Below are positions 20,183 to 29,901 of a stretch of DNA of 64,000 bases, one piece after another; position 1 is the first letter of the stretch, and every line of letters starts with the position of its first letter. The notes under the pieces are model-generated. The model ran no database searches. It saw only the letters and a list, made by a program, of their open reading frames with translations, and was not told the origin of the DNA. The stretch lies in the IMG/VR virus record IMGVR_UViG_3300006802_016159; one strand, written 5' to 3'. A program made the position numbers and the translations under genes. Origin of the DNA: an uncultured virus (IMG/VR IMGVR_UViG_3300006802_016159) (Duplodnaviria > Heunggongvirae > Uroviricota > Caudoviricetes).

Positions 20183-23100
20183 ATGTCGGAAGAGGTATAT
20201 TTCTACGAAGAGGATCAGGTGGACCCACAATTAAAATTGATGGCGTCCTATGGCATTACCGCGTCAGTTGCTAGGCTTAGGCAGACTGCACCCTCTATAA
20301 CCAACGCCGAATTAAATACCTGCATGGCTATTACATCAGGAATAGGAAAAGAAACGGGTGTTGGCTATGATATTTATACCTCTGATTATCAAAATGATAC
20401 ATCCCTTGATTCCTTGGGAGGTTTTACAAGTGGCGGAAATCCATTTGTGAGCATTGAGTCTGGAATTGACGCCGATTATTTTTCTTCTTATAGTGCTAAC
20501 GTCAGGAGTATCTTCCCTACCATGACCACAGCCCTGCTCATGGGAGCTTGGGTCGCAGACGTTGACAACGATAGAATTACTGGCTTTTTAAATTCAGCAT
20601 TCAGTGGGGCTTCTTTGTTGTTTGGTTTTGGTCCTAATGCAAACATATTTTCAGATTCTCAAATAACCACATTGATGGCGAGCAACTTCTCTGGAGCGAT
20701 GGCTGACGTGGTGGCTAATTCCTCAAACGACCAAGAGGTAAATAAAATCTACTTCAGATTGTATGACGTAGAAAATTCTTTCACTTCCGACATCGACACA
20801 AAAAGAATTAAAGACTCGGCTATTCAATATTATTCAGTTAGCGGAGACTTTCTTTATGATAATCTAACATGGTCAGGAGACGGCGAGTGTACTGATTTAT
20901 CTGTTCCTATTTTTGCTGGTGACGACTTTGAAATCATTACAGACAGAATTGAATTGGGTCCAGATAGCTCAAGGTGTATTAACTTCGATACCCATTACAA
21001 ACCAATCACGGGTTCCCATTTCTATAGGAAATTCGCTGATGGCCCATATTCTTCTGGCGATTATACTTCAACCATTTCAGAACTATACCAAGAGTATGAC
21101 AAAGATCTTCAGCAATACTACGAATACTCTGACAACAGAATTAAACTTGTTGACTTTCAAGGGAAAGCATATTCGAACAATGGAGCTATTCCTATTGACG
21201 TTCCACAGGGAATTTATTGTGCTGCCTATGAAAGGGAACTGAACGAGCGACCCAGTAATAATCAGAGAATTAAACTTCACCTTGGAAACACAGGACTGAG
21301 AACGGGTCAAACTCTTAGTGGATTTAGATTATCTACTGAACTCAACCCATTTGACATTTTTTCTACTCCTGTTGGGGTTTATAGAACCATCTCTGGATAC
21401 CAGACAGGACTTAAATTCATTCCAATTACATTAAATCCTACCTACTGGTCAGGACAAGAAATTGCTCATAATGCAATGAACCCCGCTACACCGGATGGCA
21501 GGGTTTATCAGAACGCGCTCAACTTTAATCCTAATCACGTTAGAGATTTCTATGATGAAAAAACTGAAACCTATTTTGGTCCTTTCTTTAGAGATATTTC
21601 TGAAATAAGTGGTATAGCTGGCCCTCCTCAGAGAGATTGGGTTTCGGATTTTCCTTTCATTGTAGTTACTCAGAATTTCCAGAGTGAAACCAGCGAGCAG
21701 TATGCGAATTTGAATTTTGGTTTCGGCGCGAGCATAACAGAAGCCAATGCTACAGTTATCAAGGGCATTCCTGCTGAGAGAATTACCAAAAACATCGTTC
21801 ATACCACAGGCATGGAACAAGGTTTTCAATTTGGTGGCTATACTTCTCCTGACGAACCAGATCAAACAACAGTTCCATTCGGTCTTACAATTTCTGGCGG
21901 TGATCTCGATCATAACAACTCAGGAGAAAATCATATCAAATCTCTAGCTTTCGGGATGGGCAATGGAATGGATGGAGGCACATTATCAGGAACTTACGTT
22001 GTAAATAACGCAGGGTGGGCGCACACGGGTTACATCTATACAGGTGTAAATGGAGTTACTACTACTGGCATGGATTTACTTGGTAACTTCTTGATTGTTT
22101 CTGGGTATTCTGGCTTAGGAAAGTCTTACTATTCCACTGGTTTGATTGATAATTTTGATAATGTCAACATTGTGGGAGCTAGAGGGGCGCATTTAAGCGG
22201 TGCATTAATTGGATCACCAAAAAGAAGAGATAAAATGCTCGTAGCATGGACGCATCCTACCTATGGACATGTTCCTATCTCTAAAATGTACACCTACACG
22301 ACTGGCATTGGTAGTGGAATCAGTCGTTCTCATGCTTATAGTGGATTTGATGCTGGGTTGACAAACGGAACCACAGATCCTACCGGAGTTTTTCCTGTCA
22401 TTCCGCCCGAGTCTGGTTTTGCAGCTAACCCTACGGGTTTTACAAATGGGTTGTTGGGTTCTGGTTGGTATCCAGTTTTCAAAGAACAACACAGGGAAAA
22501 TGGATTCCCAAGATATTACAGAGGGCCATATGCTACTTCCGAAGTTAAATTCCTTTACAATAACGCAAAAGATATGTTCACTGGGCATACTGGATATGTC
22601 GCGCCAAATAGCAAGCTTACTTCTGAGCCTAATGATGGAGACGTGCCGTTCTATGACGAAAACGGAGAGAGATATACTTTGCCTTCAGGACAATATCCCC
22701 TTAATGGTTTTAATTATCCAGTTGGATTCCCTCATCAGGTCGTCTTTGAGATCGAAGTTGAGGAATATGCAACAAAGGAATTCTATCAAAGAAGAAACTG
22801 GAGCGAATTTCAGGTTCCCTTTTTCAGCGATTTCTCTGTAAGTGGCATCAACCCTAGCCTTCCTGAAATTACTTGGAGTACAACCAATCAAGTTATAGCT
22901 ACAAACGAGGTTGATTCAGGTTATGCCTCTCCGATTGCTGGCCCTCTTGGTGAATCAAATACCTTCCACATGGGTCATACTGGAGTCAATCCGCTCGTTT
23001 ACGACAGTGTACCAAATTATATTCATGGAAACCTCAATGACGAGGTTGGATTGTGGTCTGGAACTTCTACGCAAGCGTCAGTTAAAACTTGGCCTGAGAA

Positions 23101-24682
23101 CTTCAAGGACGTAACTGGTGGGTATATTGTTAGATGGCAACCAACTTTAAATGGTAGCTCTACAGGAGACGCTATTACCAAAAATCCAGACGCCAACCAT
23201 TACCTATACAAAAAGACAACAAGAACTGTCACCGGATTTTATACTCCACCGGGATGGAAAATGAGAACCAATAAATTCGACCCTTGGTACGCTAGGAGAG
23301 TCTTTACTGGTGAAGTACAAAACATTTGGAATCAAGGTCTTTCTGGTGATCTATTTGGATATGATGGTAGCGACCCATTATTCTATGAGCGAGTAGGAGG
23401 CTTCAGTGGTTCAGGATTATTTCCTAATTCCATTGATGATCCGGTGGCAGTCTATGGAGGTAGCCATTCTCAGGATATGGTGGGAGATAGCTGGTTGTCC
23501 TTTACGTTTGACCGTCAGCCAAATTCAGATCCATACGGTGCCGACTATGGTTATGGAGTTGATGAGGTTAATGATATTTATTGGGACTTCTATCGCGCCC
23601 CTGAGAGAGACAAAGAGGTATTGCTTGTCGATTTGAAATCAACTGGCTTGGCGGTTTACTTTACTGCTTTGAATTACTTCCCTAACTCTGGAAGATTGGG
23701 GGTCACTGGGTTCTCTGATGCGTTCCAGTTCTTTAAAAGCGGTGTCAAGACTCAATTTGAAGAGGGTAACCTGTTTGACATCAATAACCAGACCTTTTCT
23801 TATACTGGCATGATGCACACTGGCTCAACGTTCAGAAAGCCGTTCGGACCTGAGTGGTCAGGGACAGTGAGTGGAGGAAATACAGTTTATCCTACCGTTG
23901 GTTATTGGAATACTTGGCACACTGGTCACGAAAACTTCTGGAGAAGACAAAGTCGCGTTGACATCACGATTAAAAACGTCACATGGACTGGTCACGGTAT
24001 TGCTCCATTTGACGTGGACTATAATGTTCAACCTACTGGCTCTTGTCGAGTCACTGGATTTTTGAAATATGAAAACTTGGCAGAGCAACCAATCTATTCA
24101 GAAGGTCTTGTATTGAGAGATTCTACTCAGAATGATATCGTTAAAGACTATGGAGCTTATCCTGTTGCAATTTCAAATACCATGAAAGAACACGGCGCGA
24201 CAATCTCCACTCAGCCTAACGAAGTTGTAGAAACCGCCCCTTCTAGGCAGGTTCAATTGGGCGAGTCTGGCGCAAGGTTAATTTCTGACACGTCTGAATT
24301 CAACAAAATAAATACTCAGGAGAAGAATTATAATAAATATAAAATCCCTGCAACGAGTGACTATACTTACTTGAATGTTGGTACCATGCCTTCTTATGAA
24401 GGATCGCCTCTTGCTGACCACCAGTTGTTTGATGACCTGACGCTTCTTTACAGCGCACAGCAAGGACAGATCATTGAAGACGACAGGAAGAATCCTACTG
24501 TCATAAAAGAATACACCGTCGAAGATCAAAAACAATACTACGACGGCGTTGTAACTGACGCTACAAAAGACGATAGGTTCGTCACCAACTTAAGGCCCAT
24601 TGACTTATATGAACAGCCAACAGCAGACTACTTTGTTCCAGCAGGACTAACATTTAATGAGATTCAACAGGGTTGGTACTAA
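20183..24682 (+). CDS. very large putative virion protein, S/T-G rich, 1499 aa
   Basis: Uninterrupted 4.5 kb ORF with many SG/TG dipeptides. No enzyme motif recognised. Confidence 0.55.
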   Translation: MSEEVYFYEEDQVDPQLKLMASYGITASVARLRQTAPSITNAELNTCMAITSGIGKETGVGYDIYTSDYQNDTSLDSLGGFTSGGNPFVSIESGIDADYFSSYSANVRSIFPTMTTALLMGAWVADVDNDRITGFLNSAFSGASLLFGFGPNANIFSDSQITTLMASNFSGAMADVVANSSNDQEVNKIYFRLYDVENSFTSDIDTKRIKDSAIQYYSVSGDFLYDNLTWSGDGECTDLSVPIFAGDDFEIITDRIELGPDSSRCINFDTHYKPITGSHFYRKFADGPYSSGDYTSTISELYQEYDKDLQQYYEYSDNRIKLVDFQGKAYSNNGAIPIDVPQGIYCAAYERELNERPSNNQRIKLHLGNTGLRTGQTLSGFRLSTELNPFDIFSTPVGVYRTISGYQTGLKFIPITLNPTYWSGQEIAHNAMNPATPDGRVYQNALNFNPNHVRDFYDEKTETYFGPFFRDISEISGIAGPPQRDWVSDFPFIVVTQNFQSETSEQYANLNFGFGASITEANATVIKGIPAERITKNIVHTTGMEQGFQFGGYTSPDEPDQTTVPFGLTISGGDLDHNNSGENHIKSLAFGMGNGMDGGTLSGTYVVNNAGWAHTGYIYTGVNGVTTTGMDLLGNFLIVSGYSGLGKSYYSTGLIDNFDNVNIVGARGAHLSGALIGSPKRRDKMLVAWTHPTYGHVPISKMYTYTTGIGSGISRSHAYSGFDAGLTNGTTDPTGVFPVIPPESGFAANPTGFTNGLLGSGWYPVFKEQHRENGFPRYYRGPYATSEVKFLYNNAKDMFTGHTGYVAPNSKLTSEPNDGDVPFYDENGERYTLPSGQYPLNGFNYPVGFPHQVVFEIEVEEYATKEFYQRRNWSEFQVPFFSDFSVSGINPSLPEITWSTTNQVIATNEVDSGYASPIAGPLGESNTFHMGHTGVNPLVYDSVPNYIHGNLNDEVGLWSGTSTQASVKTWPENFKDVTGGYIVRWQPTLNGSSTGDAITKNPDANHYLYKKTTRTVTGFYTPPGWKMRTNKFDPWYARRVFTGEVQNIWNQGLSGDLFGYDGSDPLFYERVGGFSGSGLFPNSIDDPVAVYGGSHSQDMVGDSWLSFTFDRQPNSDPYGADYGYGVDEVNDIYWDFYRAPERDKEVLLVDLKSTGLAVYFTALNYFPNSGRLGVTGFSDAFQFFKSGVKTQFEEGNLFDINNQTFSYTGMMHTGSTFRKPFGPEWSGTVSGGNTVYPTVGYWNTWHTGHENFWRRQSRVDITIKNVTWTGHGIAPFDVDYNVQPTGSCRVTGFLKYENLAEQPIYSEGLVLRDSTQNDIVKDYGAYPVAISNTMKEHGATISTQPNEVVETAPSRQVQLGESGARLISDTSEFNKINTQEKNYNKYKIPATSDYTYLNVGTMPSYEGSPLADHQLFDDLTLLYSAQQGQIIEDDRKNPTVIKEYTVEDQKQYYDGVVTDATKDDRFVTNLRPIDLYEQPTADYFVPAGLTFNEIQQGWY

Positions 24683-27219
24683 ATTGATTTCAAACTTTTA
24701 AGATCAGATAGCTTAGTGTAAATCTTCACGCTCTGGATAGCAACGATGTTAGCGAAAACCGCGCCATCACCTGTAGGCTGACCCTTAATTAAAACAATAT
24801 CGTCCTGTTTAGGCACGGCATCCATTCCAGACTTGGCTCTATCGAATACCATAACCTTCACTTCGTCAGATTCGTCTTTGAGATCAATTCTAACATAGTT
24901 GTTACCCTTTCTAGACTTGCCATTCTTAGGTTTGGCAGAAACCATTCCTGCAAAAATTACCTCTCTCTCCTTGGAGCCGGTAACTTCCTTAATGGATCTG
25001 ATTCCTTTGACTCTTTCCTTGTAAACATTGCTCAATGAGCCAGAACAGCTGTATCCAAGAAGCTTAGTTTCGTACCACCAATTAGCCAAAGCTTCGTTTT
25101 TCTTGTTAAGCTTGTAGATATTGGTGATCTTCTCGGACTTCTTCTTGATTGTGTCGATGCGAGAATCTCGGATAATCCTTTTACCTTTTTCATTGACTTT
25201 GGTTTTCAACTCCTTGAGGATCGGTACGATTTCGTAATCATACTTTTCGGCCATTTCGTGAATGACCTTCTTCTCACGCGGAGTCATAATGTTCCAAAGC
25301 TGGGCTTCGTAAACCGTGTAGCTACGAGAGTTTCTGTAACCCTCAAAGCATCCAGCCTGAATCAAAGCAGCAAGAACACCAATATTGATACCCGCGCTCT
25401 CGGCGGCTTCAAATACCTCGAACTTATTGTCGTATTCAGAACGAAACTGCTCAAGCTTTTCCCAAGACTTCTCAGAAATACCCTTAATAGAAGTAAGACC
25501 GTAACGGATGTTATCGCCATCGATAGAGAAGTCCATCTTAGATTTCAAAAGGTGAGGCTGCAACAACTTGATGTTGAAATCAGGCATCTCTTTTTGAATC
25601 TTGTAGATTTCTTCCATTGGATCTGGTTCAAACTTGGTCATCTTAAGCAGAGACAAGAAAAACTGCTTAGGATATTTAAACTTCAGATAGACAGTGATAG
25701 CTGCAAGAGCAGCATAGCACAGAGAGTGAGACTTGTTGAACGAATACTTCGCAGAAGCCTCTGCAATATCCCACACAACGTCAGCGATAGCAGGATCAAG
25801 TTTCCTATCAGCGATCTTATCCTTGATCTTTTTCTCCCATTTCGCCATTTCCTCGATCTTCTTTTTACCGACACAACGACGAACCTGCTCAGCGTCTTCA
25901 AGAGTAAGTCCAATCTTGTGAACCATCCTCATAAGCTGCTCTTGATACAAGCAGACTCCACCCGTTGGTTTCAAAATGTCATCAAAGAAGGGATGAATAG
26001 CTTCATACGTTCCATGATTGGTGTATGCAGCGTACTTGTCAATGAATGCAAGCGCACCGGGACGCGCCAAGGCAAGCACCGCACTCATTTCTTCAAGGTT
26101 CTTTGGTTTAACTTTCTTAGCAAATTGGTATGCAAGGTCAGCTTCAATTTGGAACAGTCCATGAGGGTTTTTCAAGTCCTGCATGTTCCTGTAAATCTCT
26201 GGATCATTCAAATCGATGTCCATAACGTTAATGCCAACAGCCTTACACACATCATCAACGACAGACACGCCCCTTAATCCAAGCAAGTCAAGCTTAACAT
26301 TGGAAAGAGCAACATAGCCCATATCATACGAAGCAACAATAGCTTTGTCAGAAGACAATTCTGTAGGACACGCTTCTTCAAGAGGGTCGTAAGAAATCAA
26401 TTGACCAGCAGGATGAACACCCTTATTCTTGTTAAGGTTCCTAAGCTTAAGGGCGACCTCATAAATATGACGGTGGTTTTCGCACCAATCTTGGAAGTCT
26501 TCCTCGTTATCGTAGGCTCTTTGTATAGAATAAACCTGTCCAGCGTCCTTCGGAATCATGTTTGAAACTTGGTTCACGTCAGACTCGCTCATTTCCCCAA
26601 TGATTTTCCCGCATTCTTTTATCAAGAGCTTACTGGACAGGGTATTAAAAGTAAGAATTTTAGAGGTCTTGCCCTTGTATTTATTCTCAAGGTAATGGAT
26701 GACCTCTGGACGCCTGTAATAGCAGATGTCCATGTCAACATCGCACATCAAGTTTCCATCAAGATAGGTAACGCCGTCAACAACAGTGGACTTCGCACGA
26801 ACCTTTGAAACGAAACGCTCGAAATAAAGACCATACTGAATAGGGTCGATCTTTGTGACGCCGATCAAATAAAGAATCAATGAGCCAGCCGCAGATCCAC
26901 GACCCAAGCCCGTTGGAATATCTTTAGCCTCTGAATAATTAATAACATCCCAAACCATCAAAAAATAATCAACGAAGCCAAGTTCCTTGATAACCTCAAG
27001 TTCTTCCTTGGCGCGATCAATGTATTCTTTTTTGTTCTTCTTTTTGTTGATTCCCATCTTGTCGTAGCCGTTCAAAGCCAACGCTCTCAAGAAATCGTAG
27101 TTAGAACAATCTGGTGCGACATTCTCATTGTTCTTCATGGCAGGAGTAATCTCCATCTCAGGGAGACGCACACCATGAATAGGGATATCTAATTTTTCAA
27201 AGTTATCTAAAAAGTTCAT
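24679..27219 (-). CDS. dnaE: DNA polymerase III alpha-like catalytic subunit lacking the PHP domain
   Basis: GLGRGSAAGSL, LYFERF, DVDMD catalytic motif, KLDLLGL, GLFQIE, YQEQLM, FNKSHS and a C-terminal OB fold. Confidence 0.95.
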   Translation of the reverse strand: MNFLDNFEKLDIPIHGVRLPEMEITPAMKNNENVAPDCSNYDFLRALALNGYDKMGINKKKNKKEYIDRAKEELEVIKELGFVDYFLMVWDVINYSEAKDIPTGLGRGSAAGSLILYLIGVTKIDPIQYGLYFERFVSKVRAKSTVVDGVTYLDGNLMCDVDMDICYYRRPEVIHYLENKYKGKTSKILTFNTLSSKLLIKECGKIIGEMSESDVNQVSNMIPKDAGQVYSIQRAYDNEEDFQDWCENHRHIYEVALKLRNLNKNKGVHPAGQLISYDPLEEACPTELSSDKAIVASYDMGYVALSNVKLDLLGLRGVSVVDDVCKAVGINVMDIDLNDPEIYRNMQDLKNPHGLFQIEADLAYQFAKKVKPKNLEEMSAVLALARPGALAFIDKYAAYTNHGTYEAIHPFFDDILKPTGGVCLYQEQLMRMVHKIGLTLEDAEQVRRCVGKKKIEEMAKWEKKIKDKIADRKLDPAIADVVWDIAEASAKYSFNKSHSLCYAALAAITVYLKFKYPKQFFLSLLKMTKFEPDPMEEIYKIQKEMPDFNIKLLQPHLLKSKMDFSIDGDNIRYGLTSIKGISEKSWEKLEQFRSEYDNKFEVFEAAESAGINIGVLAALIQAGCFEGYRNSRSYTVYEAQLWNIMTPREKKVIHEMAEKYDYEIVPILKELKTKVNEKGKRIIRDSRIDTIKKKSEKITNIYKLNKKNEALANWWYETKLLGYSCSGSLSNVYKERVKGIRSIKEVTGSKEREVIFAGMVSAKPKNGKSRKGNNYVRIDLKDESDEVKVMVFDRAKSGMDAVPKQDDIVLIKGQPTGDGAVFANIVAIQSVKIYTKLSDLKSLKSI

Positions 27220-27863
27220 ATCTCAATCTCAAATTTCATCTTGTTCCACACTTCTACGTTCTTCTCAATGTCGTAGACCGCGTCGTGGAGCCTGTGTTCT
27301 TCAAAAGGAATCTCATATTCTTTTAAACAAGTAATTAATGATGTCCTCATGCCCCTCATTGGGGTATTCGTAAGCTTGTATTGAAAAGAAAGAAGATTGT
27401 CTTTCTTGCCATCATACTTGTAATCACCCTTGATAGCGGTGGCAATGGCCTTTGTATCCAAAATCTTCGGCATTAAAAATTTCCAGTCCTTCCCCGCGTA
27501 TCGATAATGATCGCGAATCAGATAAATATCAAAGCCCAAAATATTGTGGCCTACTACATAGTCTGCCCATTCGAACATCTCATGTATCTTTTCAAGAGCC
27601 TCGTATGGATCAATGCCTTCCTTCTTAATTCTTTCTGGATTGTAGTGATTGATACGCGCAGCCTCGGGCGAACACTGTACATGCTTGCGGAACGGCCACT
27701 TGATCAGAATCTCGCTGGATTCAACGATCTTGTCACCTTCCGCTTTAACCAATCCATACTGCCAAGGTTCATTGTTTTCGCGAGACAGAAACAGATTGAA
27801 TGTTTCAACGTCCACGAAACAATATTTTGCCTTCTTGTTAAATCTAAGTAAATGTCCGTCCAT
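27216..27863 (-). CDS. DEDDh 3'-5' exonuclease (DnaQ/epsilon-like)
   Basis: ExoI DVET, ExoII GHNILGFD, LDT, ExoIII HDAVYD. Confidence 0.9.
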   Translation of the reverse strand: MDGHLLRFNKKAKYCFVDVETFNLFLSRENNEPWQYGLVKAEGDKIVESSEILIKWPFRKHVQCSPEAARINHYNPERIKKEGIDPYEALEKIHEMFEWADYVVGHNILGFDIYLIRDHYRYAGKDWKFLMPKILDTKAIATAIKGDYKYDGKKDNLLSFQYKLTNTPMRGMRTSLITCLKEYEIPFEEHRLHDAVYDIEKNVEVWNKMKFEIEI

Positions 27864-27864
27864 A

Positions 27865-28044
27865 TTATACCTCTTCCCAAGTTTGGCGCATTATTTTAGT
27901 TTCTTTTTTGAGAGACTTTTTAAATTCTTCTGCGTCACTTTCTGCTTCCCCTTTTTTATTATATAATATGCCCTCGTATGGCCCAGACCATGTACGGTTA
28001 TGATTGCGGTAAAATATACCGTAACAATTTGACTTAATTTTCAT
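27865..28044 (-). CDS. small hypothetical protein
   Basis: Fills the gap between the PHP and exonuclease genes. Likely start MKIKSN at 28044. Confidence 0.45.
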   Translation of the reverse strand: MKIKSNCYGIFYRNHNRTWSGPYEGILYNKKGEAESDAEEFKKSLKKETKIMRQTWEEV

Positions 28045-28843
28045 TTTGCTTCCTCCATGCTTCAAAGCTAAATTCGTTACTGCAAAAATGATCCAAATTT
28101 GGGCGGCTTAGAATTGATCTATTGTGGATGCAGCGGAATGTCGCATACGGAATCAAATCTTTTCGGTCTTTGTAATAAATACTTTTGACATCGATGATCT
28201 CATGGTGACCATAAGCATCTACCCAACTCACAACAATGTCCCTTAACAAATCATCAAATGGCAAATCATTATCTTCGATTGCAAACCTCACGTTCTCAGG
28301 CTTAAACGTATAAAGCCAATCGGGGTTACATTGATTCATCTTGAAATTGTTATTATAAAGAAATGAGTCGTAAAATGGAACCACGCACATGATATTGTCA
28401 GAACAAAGCCGTTCCAATTTCTTCTTGTCGGTTCGAGGGGTATAATAGAATCCGTCTCTTGCTGCATCAGACCAAATCTTAACTAGATCTTTGTAGCCTT
28501 CTGCATTCTTAGCGATAAGGATAATCTTACTTTCCTTTTTCTTGGACTCGTCCTCCTTAACGGAGGCGTCATCCAAAACAGTCAACCTAATACCAAAGAT
28601 CATTTGCAAATCATTATCTTCCGCATTGATCTTTCCCTGAAGAAAACCAGAGATATTGTCATCAATCAGAAAGAACTTGTCCATTCCATTCTCCTTGCAA
28701 ATCTCAATAATGGAATCAGGATGAATTTTATTTTCGTCCTTATCTTCCTCGCCCTTCTTAGCCTCATGGGGCTTTTCGAGCGTCAAGATAGACTTGCCAA
28801 GAGAATAATGACTCTTGAAAAATGGTAAAACTTTAAAGTCCAT
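28034..28843 (-). CDS. stand-alone PHP domain of DNA polymerase III alpha (degenerate metal ligands)
   Basis: KSHYSLGKS, IFGIRL, ILIAKNAEGYKDLVKIWS and GFYYTPRTD match the DnaE N-terminus. Confidence 0.85.
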   Translation of the reverse strand: MDFKVLPFFKSHYSLGKSILTLEKPHEAKKGEEDKDENKIHPDSIIEICKENGMDKFFLIDDNISGFLQGKINAEDNDLQMIFGIRLTVLDDASVKEDESKKKESKIILIAKNAEGYKDLVKIWSDAARDGFYYTPRTDKKKLERLCSDNIMCVVPFYDSFLYNNNFKMNQCNPDWLYTFKPENVRFAIEDNDLPFDDLLRDIVVSWVDAYGHHEIIDVKSIYYKDRKDLIPYATFRCIHNRSILSRPNLDHFCSNEFSFEAWRKQNEN

Positions 28844-28849
28844 GCTCTA

Positions 28850-28878
28850 AATATATGATACTTTTAGAAAGAAGTCAA
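28850..28878 (-). promoter_or_regulatory. sigma70-type promoter, probably leaderless
   Basis: TTGACT-N17-TATATT, 6 nt before the ATG at 28843. Confidence 0.65.
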
Positions 28879-29901
28879 GTCTCTTTTTGGATACCAACGT
28901 GGGCAACCGCCGTAATGACGCTTTTCAATTTTCCAACCGCGCTTACCCTTTTTTAATTCTTTTAAAATAGCTGGCTCCTTGTTTCCTGTTACAGTCTCGT
29001 CAGCGAAGGCGGTCTTTATCATCTTACCTTTGTTATCAACGAGAGCGTAGTAATCATAAGGGAATCTGTAGGAGCAATGCCATTTAGGGGTGCCATCCTT
29101 TTTTAATTCTCCCGGCTTGTTGCAGAAGCCACAAAGAAGTTGACCATTGAATCCGCCGCCCTTCTGAGGCTTGTCTGCTGCAAAATTATTAATTGCATCA
29201 TTGTAACTGAAATTGTCAATCTTGTCCTGACATAGCTCAAGATAATGTTCAAAACCGTCTAAGGTCTTCTGATCAAACTGAATGGTTTGCTCGGGGTTCT
29301 TTTTGTAACGAAGGAAAACAAACGTCACAATAGGAACATAATCAGGATGAACCTTCTTGGCAGCTAGAGAGTACAACATAGCCTGTACGTTTGAGGCGTA
29401 GTCTTCTCCAGAGAATTTGGCTTTGCTGCTTTTGTAATCGTAGATATGGACGATTTTATTCTCTTCGTCTGTGGCCCATTTATCAATGAAACCCATTGCG
29501 TTGTAAGAAGGTTCATCATTACGGATATTGAATTCGTATTCAGGATCGAACAATTTCTTGCCCTCAGCAAAGAAGTCATTCTTCAATCCAGTCAAGATCA
29601 TGTCGTTGACCGTATCGTATTCCTCTTGGGAATAAATATTATATTTACGCAAAAACGCCTTAACAATACGATCAATCGCTGGGCAACCAGTGATATGGTC
29701 CGCAGTAATAATCATAGTGTACTGTCTCGCGTGTTTCTTATGGAGCAGCCACTCGAACACGGCATGGCAGATCGTACCCTTTAACGCCCCAGAGTTGGTG
29801 GTGTCAGGTAATTTTAAATGGTAATTGCACCAGTATAGCCAAGAGCAATTCTCAAGAGTTTTTATTCTTGAGGCTGATAATTTTTTAGTTTTTCGTGCCA
29901 T
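28864..29901 (-). CDS. PD-(D/E)XK exonuclease (Cas4/RecB/AddB-like)
   Basis: LSASRI..L.NC, GTICH, EYEF, GFID, IYDYKSSK, QAMLY, and C-terminal cysteines. Confidence 0.85.
   Translation of the reverse strand: MARKTKKLSASRIKTLENCSWLYWCNYHLKLPDTTNSGALKGTICHAVFEWLLHKKHARQYTMIITADHITGCPAIDRIVKAFLRKYNIYSQEEYDTVNDMILTGLKNDFFAEGKKLFDPEYEFNIRNDEPSYNAMGFIDKWATDEENKIVHIYDYKSSKAKFSGEDYASNVQAMLYSLAAKKVHPDYVPIVTFVFLRYKKNPEQTIQFDQKTLDGFEHYLELCQDKIDNFSYNDAINNFAADKPQKGGGFNGQLLCGFCNKPGELKKDGTPKWHCSYRFPYDYYALVDNKGKMIKTAFADETVTGNKEPAILKELKKGKRGWKIEKRHYGGCPRWYPKRDLTSF

Noticed and set aside
25258..26277. 339-aa + strand ORF
   Set aside because: Entirely antisense to the conserved dnaE core, with no motifs. A codon-bias shadow ORF.
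24679..28843. Split intein joining the DnaE fragments
   Set aside because: No C/S-start intein N-block after PHP and no HN-C/S/T block at the start of the polymerase gene.
28864..29901. CRISPR-Cas system suggested by the Cas4-like nuclease
   Set aside because: No repeat-spacer array or other cas genes seen. The context is replication/recombination.
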